NCBI RefSeq assembly: GCF_018350175.1
Contig: NC_058368.1
Span: 190,714,001-190,778,000, forward strand
Length of the DNA: 64,000 nt
Direction: 5' to 3'
Source of the DNA: Felis catus
Lineage: Eukaryota
This document shows positions 53,446 to 64,000 of the stretch, piece by piece. Each line of letters begins with the position of its first letter. The stretch's first letter is position 1. The translations under genes were made by a program, and so were the position numbers. A model generated the notes under the pieces. That model made no database searches. It worked only from the letters and a program-made list of their open reading frames with translations, and had not been told where the DNA came from.

Positions 53446-53664
53446 TACCATTCTACCCAAGACCAAGGAGAGAGAAGCAAACAGACCCTTTAAGATGATC
53501 ATACTCTTCACCTAGAATTTTTTTTTTTTTGCCATAAGCCAAATGACCAAAAGTTGGAAACCACTCTTACGAGACCTTCATATGATATTGAAGTACTTTT
53601 TCATTGATCGCTGACTGCAATTCTATGTTCTCAGTCAGAAAGTTTTTTTCTTTTTTAAGTGTAT

Positions 53665-53880
53665 CAAATTCTTTAAGGCCCAGCTCAAATACCTCCTCCA
53701 TAACGAATCTTTTCCTGGTCTTCTCTCAGTTATCACTAATTGCTTCTTCTTTTGTGCTTCCATAATGCATAACTGAAATGCTGGATGAACACTCATTTTA
53801 TTCTATCTTGTGAGACAGTCCATTGAGTGTATGCTGCCTTCACTGTCATATAAAGACCACGTCATGGGATTCTTTGTTAT
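53665..53880 (+). mobile_element. L2 3' fragment
   Basis: tctttaaggcccagctcaaatacctcctccataacgaatcttttcctg. Confidence 0.65.
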
Positions 53881-54384
53881 TTTCTAAACAAGATGTGCAA
53901 ACTCAGATGCTCTGAATTCAATTTCTTAGGTAGTAAAAGTTGTGGAATGAAACAGAAACTTCTAGAGGGAAGAGGTTTGAGCTGGTCAGTATCTGCTACA
54001 CCACTGTGACAGCCTGACACATCTTTGTCCAGGAACGGAAATGGTTAGGGCTTTAGCTATTCGGTCTCAGTGGTACAGTCTCCCTTCTTCTCTAGCAGCT
54101 CTCTTGTAACCTCTCCAATTTACTTCAGTCAGTGAAACTTCCCAGAACCCAAGTGTCTCAGGTTTTCTGTCTGGTTCACAGTATGTGATGAGCTTCTGTT
54201 CCCTACAACAAAAAGCCCAACATTTGAACATGACATGATCAGGCTTAGCCCCCCTCTTTATCTTCATCTGTGGCTTGATGATTTTTAGAACGATTGATTT
54301 GTGTTTGTTCTCCCCATATTTTTATCTCTCCTCAACTTCAAGCAGATAGTAAGACCCTCTGCGTTTCTTTGATGTTTGTTTCCA

Positions 54385-54680
54385 GCAAGTGAAATGTACT
54401 ATTATTTGTGATCTATCATTCTGCAAGTTTTGATAAATAGGTACAGTCATGTATCTATCACCATAAGCAAACACAGCACAATTTTATCGCTCTGAAAATC
54501 TGCTTCCTTTGCACTGCCCTTCTGTAGTCAATCTCTCCCTCAAGCCCCTTACTCCTGGCTCCCACTGTCCTCAGGCCCTACAGTGTTGCCTTAGCCAGAA
54601 CGTCATATAAATGGAATCATTCAGTAGAGAGTTTTTGGGTTTGCTGCTTTCGCTTAGCAAAATGCATTTAAGTTCCATGA
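54385..54680 (-). mobile_element. Old L1M (MC/MD-type) 3'UTR fragment
   Basis: agttttgataaatagg...ttgccttagccagaacgtcatataaatggaatcattcagta...tttcgcttagcaaaatgcattt. Confidence 0.8.
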
Positions 54681-55214
54681 TGGAAGGTTTTCAGCGGATC
54701 AAAAGCAAAACTGCCTCAAATCGACAGCTATTCCTGCCCTTAGTGAAGGCCTAATCTGAGTGGAGAGTGTGCTGGCTACTCTCCCAGGGAGGGAAAAGAG
54801 AAGAGTGCCTTGGAGGGAAGCCCAGAGGAGAGGCAGATTTTGCCCCCGATTTAGAATAATTGTGAAATGTAAGGTCCTCTGGGGACCAGAATCATCCCTA
54901 GGGAGGTGGGAAACTCTCAGAGGGCACAGCTGTGTCATGCCCCTTGGCACAATGGTCCACAGCCTCAGTGAAGATTCCTTAGCCCTCTCCGTGGCATGCA
55001 AGTTGGGAGACTACATACTTTCAGTGACTATATAGGCTGGAAAAATGAAGATAGCAGAGGTGATCTTAATGGACCAAGGATTAACAGGCTTGCCCACATT
55101 TTCTTGACACTCTATGTGCTACCTTGATTCTTGAGCAACCCAGTAATGATGGAGATAGAGTTTCCTACCAGACTATTGTGGGAGCTCAGAGTTACACAAG
55201 TAAAAAGCCATTTC

Positions 55215-55440
55215 ATTGGCTGATATCTATTAAGTGCTTACTATTTGCCAGGCATGCTTCTGAGCACTTCACATGGATGAACACACTTAATTCTCACTCC
55301 ACCCCTATGAGGCACATGCTATTTTTATCTCCCTGTTTTCACACGACACAGCTAAAACACAGAAAGGTTTCAGAGAGTGACAGTGGAACCAGGATCAGAA
55401 CTTAGGCAAATCTAGCTGCAAAGCACCTTCTTAACTTCTT
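55215..55440 (-). mobile_element. MIR SINE
   Basis: tattaagtgcttactatttgccaggcatgcttctgagcacttcacatg...ttaattctcac...ccctatgagg. Confidence 0.8.
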
Positions 55441-55679
55441 GCTGAAGGTGTTATTTATTCCATCATAAGCCTGGGAATTGAGACATATTCCAAAAATCTC
55501 CTCCTCCAAGAAAAGACCACCAAGAAGTAGTGATGATTGGTTAGGCCAGATTCTCTGCTGAAGGGCTATCTAGGTGGTCCTGTTAGAATTGCCACCTGTC
55601 CATACCTGACCAATCAGATTCTGGCTTGAAAACTGAAACTAAGCAACCCAGAGGAGAGGTTCAGTGAGTGACAGGTACT

Positions 55680-55885
55680 GACCAATAACAACTAACACTT
55701 AACTGACAGTCATGCTAAGTGCTTTTACAGAGACAGTCCCTTTCATCTTCGTGACAACCCTCTGGTTAAGAAATATGAGGCTTCTGCAGGGTAAGTGATA
55801 ACTTACCCACTATTACAAAGCTAATTAGCAATAGACCTGTGATAAGAAACTAGACCAACCAGTCCCCCAGGCTTACACTTTTAAC
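55680..55885 (-). mobile_element. MIR relic
   Basis: tgctaagtgcttttaca...catcttcgtgacaaccct...aacttacccac. Confidence 0.55.
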
Positions 55886-57242
55886 TTTCAAGTAGAGATG
55901 CAAGGCTGACAGCCATATTGAAAGTGTGCAAGAAGTAGCATCTTCATGAGAAAATGTGAGCAAGCAGGGAAAAAGGAGGTCATGTGGCCTCTGAGGTGTG
56001 GAGGGAATACCTGCATTCTAGGGTTTCCCTGGCACAGATCTCCGAACACCTGACTGAACGTAGATAAGCAGCTTTAAGTGAGCTTGGGCCCTTTGAAGAG
56101 AAAATACCACTCAGGAGGCAGTTCTTCATTTGTGAATGGTGGAGATATTCCAGGTCATTTACTTTGCTACATTAAACTGGAGCCATGGCACCCGCAACAA
56201 TCTTGAGTTCCTATTGCCCTCTGCCTTCAAAGTTTTGTAACAGGCATTAAACCCTGACTACTCAACCAGGGTTAGGCAATACAGCTATGGAGAAAAGACA
56301 AGGGGAATTAAAAAAAAATGAAGTTTCATTTTCACCCATGTCCTTTGTCATTGCAAATCTCTGAGACTTTAGCAAGAAACAAAGTCTGAAGAAAGAATTT
56401 CAAAGGAAGATGTCACACGCACACATGAGGCAAGGGAAAAGGTTGAATGGTGACAATGGCTTTACTTGTTTAATATTCCCTCACTCTCCTTTCAATAGAA
56501 CTATTATTTGCTTTGGGTAAGTCTTTGAGGGATGCTCATCACATGTTCCTCCCCACGTACCCCACAAACACGAAGAAGGGAATGTGATGCAGGGTGGCCA
56601 ATTGAGAGTGTCTGATTCCCCAGAAAGAGTAGTTGCTGTGAGAGCATATTACCCATGTGGGGCTGATCACTTCCCTCCAATGGCAGCTATGTCTGTCCAT
56701 ACAAGGATGTTTCCATCTTTCTCTTAAGGTAATGTCTGCTAAGGAGCTGCCTGAAGAAAACCTGGGCTGGGGAGGAGATGTTAAAAACACCAGAGTTGGC
56801 CCTATCTGGAATTTCCAATGATGTGAGTGAGGAGGTTCCCTTTTAAAAAAAAAAACAAAAACAAAAAACAAACAAACAAGAAAAACGTTCCTTAAGTCTG
56901 TCTGATTAATTTTTGCTTTCTGTCACTGATAATTGGAAGCAACCTGAATAATGCCTTTTTTTCCTCTTGAGTGGAGAAGTCTATGTCACGACTGTCCCTC
57001 CCACTCAGCATCACTAAAGCAAGGAGAACTGCTCTCTGGAGCCTACAAACAAGCCTGTCTTTTGAGAGAGATCATTATTCCTATACAGCTCTACTTCAAA
57101 CGCCTGCTCAATATGAAATGGAAATCCACAGGGCAACAGAAGCCAGTCGATTTTCCCTACCAGACAAGAGTTGTGAAAGCGAGTATGCTCAAGTGGCCTT
57201 CGGGGCTGAATTGGTGTAATACAGCTTTGAGGGCATTTAGCA

Positions 57243-57243
<1 letters not shown>

Positions 57244-57280
<37 letters not shown>

Positions 57281-57290
57281 TCTCTCTGTC
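57244..57290. repeat. (CT)n microsatellite, imperfect
   Basis: Direct reading. Confidence 0.9.
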
Positions 57291-58226
57291 TTTCTATTTA
57301 ACAATCCAGGGGCAAGGACTTTTTCTGAGCTTTTTATAGCTTTTTCCTCTATTCCTATAAATGGTGCTGATGTCATACAGCAAGGGAAAAAAAATGGTGT
57401 CGATGAGGTCTGAATTATTCAGTGCCAAAGAGTATATTCTTAAATGTTGAACTGATTATGTTTTAGAGGGGGGAAAAAAAAAGGCAAGTGTCAAAATCCA
57501 AATCTGCAGAGCTTTATAGCTTGGTTTGGGTATTTGCTAAGTGTATCTTGTGCTGCTTTGTCAATCCAAGTGAAAGTTAATCAATACTAATCTGATGCCA
57601 GTTGATTCTTCCCTTTCCATAGACAGGATTAAGGTATACTACTTATGAATATACTTTATCCCGGGCTGTAAATCCATATGCTTTAACATAAATGCATTAG
57701 CGTCTCTTTTTAAATGGAATGCACTGTGTATACAAGAAAATAAAGATGAATTACCAAGTTGTCCTGAAAAATGCCTTTCTGATCCATTATGAAAATGTTT
57801 CAGCTTTCAAGGCAGTAGTAAGTAGATCAGGCATTTCCCATTATTTTATATTATGATCTATATGCCCATCTCTGTGGGGATACCTATTAAGTTAACACTT
57901 AGAATATTTTATGGACATATTGTCCTTCCTGGGCTGGGCAGGTGGATTTTTTTACTTATTTTTTTCCTCTGTTAGTTTGTTTATGCCATCATTCCTCCTT
58001 TAAGTCAATTTTCTTTAGTACCTACTGTAGGTTAGGCAATGCCCAAAGCACTAGAGAGAAGATGGTGAACAATGATCCACAGACCTCCACCCCCAAACTG
58101 CCCTAATATTGTCTAATTTCTCCACAGCCACCTGGGGAAGTACACACATAGGGTCAAACATTCCAATGTGGGACCACTTCAGCCTGTTCATGTACACCAG
58201 CGCTTGCTCAAAGCTTGGTAAAAATC

Positions 58227-58450
58227 TTTTATTTTTTATTACTCTCTTTTTTAATGTTTATTTATTTTTGAGAGAGAGACAGAACATGAGCAGGGGAGGG
58301 GCAGAGACAGAGGGAGACACAGAGTCCGAAGCAGGCTTCAAGGCTCTGAGCTGTCAACACAGAGCCCAATATGGGGCTTGAACTCAAACCGTGAGATCAT
58401 GAGCTGAGCCAAAGTCGGAGGCTTAACCAACTGAGAGACCCAGGTGCCCC
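58227..58450 (-). mobile_element. Felid CAN-SINE
   Basis: Reverse-complement SINEC_Fc body ending caggtgcccc; TSD degenerate. Confidence 0.92.
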
Positions 58451-59040
58451 CTCAGTGACCTAATCTTTTAATATCACTTTAATATTTATGGAGATTTTCC
58501 TACATACTTTTAAATTCTAACAAACACCTATATGAAGGGATTGGGGAGATGAGTGTAAGTGACTCAAGGTTGAGCATCTAACATGTCCAGGACTATACCA
58601 TACTAGTAGAACTGATGAGCTATGATAATATCTACCTCATAGTTTACTGTAAGGCCTTGCTGTTCTTAAGAGAACATACGTATAGCACTTTGCACTGTGT
58701 TCTCTTAAGAGAACATACGTATAGCACTGTGTTTGCCTAGAACACAGTAAGAGAGTGCAGTGAATGTTAATGGTGATGATGATGTTCCTGTTTAGAAACA
58801 GACATAAACTACTGTCAATCTGTCCGTCTGTGTGTTGTTCCATCTATCCACCCATCCACCTATCCATCCATCCTTTCTTGTGTGTCAAGCACTACAAAGA
58901 TGCTGAAGACTCAGTGTTGAATGAGCCCACACTCTCAACCCTCTCACAGTCTGGGGGAAGATTTTCAGTCTTTGGAATTTGTATTCAGTATCAGATGTCA
59001 CAGACTGAGTGATGAAAAGGTAACAGAAATACAGACTAGA

Positions 59041-59268
59041 CCGGGGACTGGTGAACTACAACCCTAGGGCTAAATCTATCCCCCCATCTATTTTTTTTTT
59101 TTTTTGATAAAGTTTTGTGAGAAAATAGTCAAGCAAAATTTCATTTCATGTTGTCTGTGGTTGTTTTCCCACTATAATGGCAGAGCTCAGGAGTTGGGAT
59201 AAAGATCCTGGGGTTCCCAAATCTAAAATATCTACTATCTGCGTCTTTAAGACCAAAGATCCCTGGCC
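59041..59268. mobile_element. MER58A-like hAT-Charlie DNA transposon
   Basis: gggctaaatct...ataaagtttt...ataatggcagagct...aaatctaaaatatctactatctg; similar to 1697-1912. Confidence 0.7.
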
Positions 59269-60520
59269 TGGATTATTGTATCTTTGCATTCTTTCAGCTG
59301 TTTTACCTTAATATCCCTTGGAACTTAAGAAATAAAAGATGATGGCTTACCTTCTATGGGCCAATAAGCTTGCTTTCATCTGATATACCCTAAATGAAGA
59401 AAGGTAGTTTATGATTTTGATACTGATTTTCCCAGGGGAATCCTTTCTATCGCCCTCTATGGGCAGCTGGATAACCTTGTGAATATTTTCTTCTAGAGCA
59501 TGAACTCATTCTTCTGTGGTCCTACTGCTCTCTTCCTATTTATTGTCTCCTTATTATGGCCCAAACGTATTTAGCAATCCTCGGCTCCCTTATGATCTCA
59601 TGCTTGGCCCAACTTTTTCCCATTATGTGACTCACTGGGCAGAGAACACCATTCTTGTGTTTCTTTGCTAGAATTCTTTTTTTTTTTTTTTTTTTTTTAA
59701 TCAGTATTACTTTGGCTTTTATGCTCAAGTTTGTGCTGGCTGATTTACTGAGCAGTTAAGAATTTTTTTAAATGCTATTTTTAAGGGGCATTTTAAATAT
59801 TAACTATTGGATGATAGGAAATGTTCAAGATTCTAAGAACAATAATTGACAACATTACTTTCAGGTGCTTCTGCTATATTATGCTTTTTAATCCCTGCAA
59901 CAATAACACACATTAGACACTATTATTTTCTTCATGTGCAGCTGAGGAAACTGAGGTTTTGACAAAGGTAATTGTTTTTAATGATAAAAAAATATTTTAT
60001 TTATTGAGAATGTAGTGCCTTTCGGGAACTATGGTAAGCTGTACATGGATTGTGTTACTTAATTCCTACAGCGACTGCCTAGAAAAACAGGACTGCCCAA
60101 GAACCCTCATTGTGCACAGAAGGGCTCCGAGGGGTTGTGGACTTGCTCATAATCCTGCTTCAGGTAGGCAGGGACACCAAGACTTGATACCGAGATCTGA
60201 CTGAGGCTAGGAAGGTATGTTCTGAGGACTCCCATGGAAAGCCTGTCCCGTGATGCATTCAAACACATCCAGGTCCTCCCTCTTCCTCCCCTTTTAATCA
60301 AATATGGGGCCTGCACGTAGCTCCCTCATTTGAATAAAGGACTTTAAAACATTCTGGTTACTTCTGTGGTTGGGTGACTGGAGCTGAGAGAATGGCAGAA
60401 CGAAAAGACAGCAGCTGTCACGGTGGTCCCTTCTGCCTAATGCGAATCCGCTTTAAGCTCCCAAGGATGCCCGATCTGTTATTTTTTTTTTATTATCTCT
60501 TATTTTAAAAATAAACCCAA

Positions 60521-60722
60521 GGGGCACCTGGGTGCGTCCGACTCCAGCTCAGGTCGTGATCTCACGGTTCACGAGTTCGAGTCCCTAGTCAGGCTCTGAG
60601 CTGACATCTCAGAGTCTGGAGCCTGCTTCAGATTCTGTGTTTCCTTCTCTGCCCCTCCCCCACCTCGCAAAAATAAGTAATAAACATTAAAAAAAAGGAA
60701 AAAAAAAGAAAATTCAAAGTAA
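60521..60722 (+). mobile_element. Felid CAN-SINE lacking the A-box region
   Basis: ggggcacctgggtg|cgtccgact...; TSD ttaaaaataaaccc at 60505-60518 and 60723-60736. Confidence 0.93.
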
Positions 60723-61614
60723 TTAAAAATAAACCCCAGTCCAAGTTCTCATCGGTTATGGAAGAATAGTACTAAAACTCCTGCACGTTAAGAAATATAT
60801 CCTCTACCATCCTCATGTTGGATTTCCCACCAAACTTACTGTGTGATTCTAGACCTTTTAACCGTTCTGGGCTTAGTTGCTGCATTATTAAGTGAGCACA
60901 ATTCACTGTCCAACCTATGGCTAGTTTATCATGAAGCCCAAATGAGAGGAGAGCAAGCTTTTTAACCTGCACGGCAAAGTACAAATGCTAGTGATAAATG
61001 GCCCCGGATCAGCGAATCTCCCTGGATCAAATCAAGACTCCTTTTCACTTTTTAAAAACTGCCCCTTTTGTAAGTATGTCTTCTTACAGTCAGATTAGTC
61101 AACTAAATAGGATTAATTTAAGATTAAAAGCAAGACTTCCATCTAAGTCATTAAACTCTCTATATTTTCAAAGCTCCCCAAAGGTCCCACCCCAAGGTCC
61201 CATTTTAGGGACAGTGGACACTAACAAATCAATAAACCTAGTCTCATTTTTTTTCTCAATGTTCTTGCTCAGGCAATGCAAAAACTCCTTCCAGATTTTC
61301 ATGACAAATGGAAACAGCTCAAGGAGAAAGCTCACTAAATGGATGAAGCTGACATCCCTCTAATCCATTAGAGCAAAGGACTTTCAGAGGCCCAGGGACC
61401 CCACAGAAATCATCCTTCCACCAGGCAATTGATCATACCTTGAAGAATCATTCAGGATTGGGCCAAATCACCTTAAAGGAGAGGGAAATGCCACCAATTT
61501 CAGCACATCTCAGGATTTTAAAGCAACAGATCCAACTATGAGATCATACCCATATTACTATGGTAGTTTAGAGGGCATTCTTGTAACATGTAACACACAA
61601 CTTAGCAACTGCTA

Positions 61615-61856
61615 CCTACCTACCTACCTATCTATTTAAATGTTTATTTATTTTGAGAGGGAGAAAACGGGAGGGGGAGGGGGAGAGGGAGAATCTCAAG
61701 CAGGCTCTGTGCTGTCAGGAACTGTGAGACCATGGCCTGAGGGAGAGGGAGAGGGAGAATCCCAAGCAGGCTCTGTGCAGTCAGGAACTGTGAGACCATG
61801 GCCTGAGCCAAAATCAAGAGTTAGATGCTTTACTGACTGAGCCACCCAGGTGCCCC
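61615..61856 (-). mobile_element. Felid CAN-SINE with internal deletion and 66-bp tandem duplication
   Basis: Two copies of gggagagggagaat(c/t)..caagcaggctctgtgc..tcaggaactgtgagaccatggcctgag; head ...gccacccaggtgcccc; tail decayed to (ctac)n. Confidence 0.92.
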
Positions 61857-62583
61857 AGCATTTGCATTTTCAATGCCTCAGATAACAGATGCAGCCTACC
61901 CTTTGTCCTAGTAATAGGTTTTTGTAATAGAGGAAACAACCCTGGTTCTCAATGGAAAGGAATGTGGGGGATGCATCAAAAACATGGGAAGTGATAAAAG
62001 TACATATTAGGTGCTTAACTAATGTCAGTGATTTCATAAATGCCTTTTAAGGTCAATTTCTACTACAAGATTATGTAAATAAAGGAAGGGATATCCATCC
62101 TGTATGACAAGCATAATTTATGCTGTATCAAGAAGAAACAGAACTTCCTATTAGGGGTGTCTTCCCCCAGCTGTTTCACCCCCGACTTCACAGATAAAAG
62201 TAGGTCATCACACTGCTCTGAATAGGAGGCAAAGATTCAAACCCGACTTGTGTCATTTCTTTTAGTCCCCACTCCCAAAAACCATCTCTTGTAGAGCTCC
62301 TATCTGTAGTTCCTTGCTTCTGCCATTACTTTGGAGTGAAGCCTTAAGTTAGGGAGGCAGCAGGGTCACCCCTCATCAGTGGCTAACATAGTGCAACCTG
62401 CTGTATGTATGACCTGACATCAGGCACTATGGCAGCATTTGGGGGTGGGGGGAGAATGTAATCTATACAAAACCTGGAGAAATCAGAAAGGACATACATT
62501 ACATGGGATGGAGGGCACAGAATCAGAGACACTCAAGTTTATTTACAACAGGACTTCAGTGTTCAATAGACCTTCCTGCTGGT

Positions 62584-62806
62584 CTGGGGCTTCTCAAACT
62601 CTGCCTTTGGGGCCAGATAATTCTTTGTTGTGAATGGCTGTCTTGTGCATTACAGGGTGTTGAGAAGGATCCCTGCCCTCTACCCATTAGATGCCAGTAG
62701 CAACCCCAGTCACCCACGTTTGTGACAATCAAAGATATCTTTAGACACTGTCATTTATCTCTGAATGGGTGTGTGTGTGCAAAATTGCCCATGTTGAGAA
62801 CAACTG
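62584..62806. mobile_element. MER20 hAT-Charlie DNA transposon
   Basis: tttggggccagataattctttgttgtg...ctctacccattagatgccagtagca...gtgacaatcaaagat...gttgagaacaactg. Confidence 0.85.
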
Positions 62807-63054
62807 TCTAGTCCTGGTGTATCGTGGCATCTTCCTCCTACCCATTCCAGGCTAACTCCATTTCCAGAACTTAATGATAGAGCTCCACGTGAGGCAGGAG
62901 GCCCTTTCATCTGGTCCGTGATACTGAACATGAAATGATACAGACATACCTCAGAGTCTGGAACCGTGTCTGAGTCTTGTTACATTCTAGCTAAATCCCC
63001 AGCTTAATGGAGAGACTGCACATTAAGTGCTCACTAAGCATTAACATTAAGACA

Positions 63055-63657
63055 GGGGACCTCACCTGCAGATGCTAGGGATTCATGGATAGAATTCACA
63101 TAGGTCCGTGAACTGTGAAAGGGCAGATTTTACATCATTATTTCCTCTCATCTTTAACTGAGATACATCATTCCTTTGATTGGAATGTAGAAAATGGTCC
63201 GTATTAATGATTACTCTGTGACTCTTTCACCAACAGAAATCACAGATTTCCTATCACAGTGAAGTTGTACACATCGCAAAGCCATCATTTAAGTCATCAC
63301 TACTTTGAAATGATGGTAATTCCTCGGCCTACAACTAGATCTTTTTAGATGTGTATAATGAAGACCTCAAATATTGTGTCACAAAACCATGTTTTATATG
63401 TTGATAACTATGTCATTGGCTTGCTTTGGTCAGAGGCTTAACTGACTGAGCCACCCAGGTGCCCTAGCATTTGCTATTTTAAATGCCTCAGATTTGGGGC
63501 GCCTGAGTGGCTCCATGGGCTGAGATTCCGACTTCGGCTCAGGTCATGATCTCATAGCTTGTGAGTCTGAGCCTCATGTCAGGCTCTGTGCTGACAGCTC
63601 AGAGCCTAGGGCCTGCTTCAGATTCTGTCTCTGTCTCTCTGCTCATACCCTGCTCAT

Positions 63658-63703
<46 letters not shown>

Positions 63704-63830
63704 ATATAAATAGACATTAAAAAATTTTTTTAAATGCCTTGGATTGAATGGGTACAATGGGTTTAACTCATAAATGGGCTAAAAAAACCATTCTGAGAGG
63801 AGGCCCATGATCTTCAGGAAAAAGAAAAAC
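63055..63830. mobile_element. Old hAT-Charlie element (MER113-like), interrupted at about 63428-63780
   Basis: catggatagaattca...gtccgtgaact...caccaacagaaatcacagat...catcactactttgaaat...ttgataact | attctgagaggaggcccat; subfamily from recall. Confidence 0.6.
63496..63731 (+). mobile_element. Felid CAN-SINE, full length, long (CT)n
   Basis: ggggcgcctgagtggctc...; TSD aaatgcct(ca/tg)gatt at 63481-63494 and 63732-63745. Confidence 0.95.
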
Positions 63831-64000
63831 TGTGCTTTAGAATGGCCACCTAACAGAAATATCAGGCAAATGTTCAGAGATCATAATCAATCTCTTAGAA
63901 CTTTCTATATCATCTGCAGTGGTGCTTGGGGAAGAGCATGCTCACAGCAGAGGCCTAACCACTGTCAACGAGCAGTACGAGAGGTGGGTGACTGGTCCCA

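Noticed and set aside
354..62700. About 150 short ORFs (60-152 aa) in the ORF track outside the L1
   Set aside because: No recognisable domains; many start at non-ATG codons or run through SINEs, microsatellites or the L1 antisense strand; expected by chance.
1..64000. CRISPR array, operon or other prokaryote-type system
   Set aside because: The sequence is mammalian; no regularly spaced repeat-spacer array or gene cluster is present.

Overview
AT-rich, CpG-depleted mammalian genomic DNA, almost certainly from a felid or other feliform carnivore, judged from about 12 cat-type CAN-SINEs (SINEC_Fc-like) and carnivore-type L1s. I recognise no host protein-coding gene, RNA gene or CpG island, so the window looks intronic or intergenic. 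The only real protein-coding remnants are the disrupted ORF1 and ORF2 of a TSD-flanked LINE-1 at about 19.3-24.4 kb. That L1 keeps its extreme 5' end but lacks most of the 5'UTR and the ORF1 start, which resembles a spliced L1. The rest is ordinary repeat landscape: 3' L1 fragments, one ERV1-type solo LTR, MLT1/MLT2 LTRs, hAT-Charlie MERs, MIR and L2 relics, and microsatellites. I found no evidence for a novel biological system. The points worth a second look are the L1 junction, a local templated-insertion scar at 63.4 kb, rearranged SINEs, a repeat strand bias hinting at a minus-strand host gene, and a few candidate micro-exons and conserved elements. Repeat subfamily names come from recall of consensus sequences, not a database search, and boundaries of old repeats are approximate.
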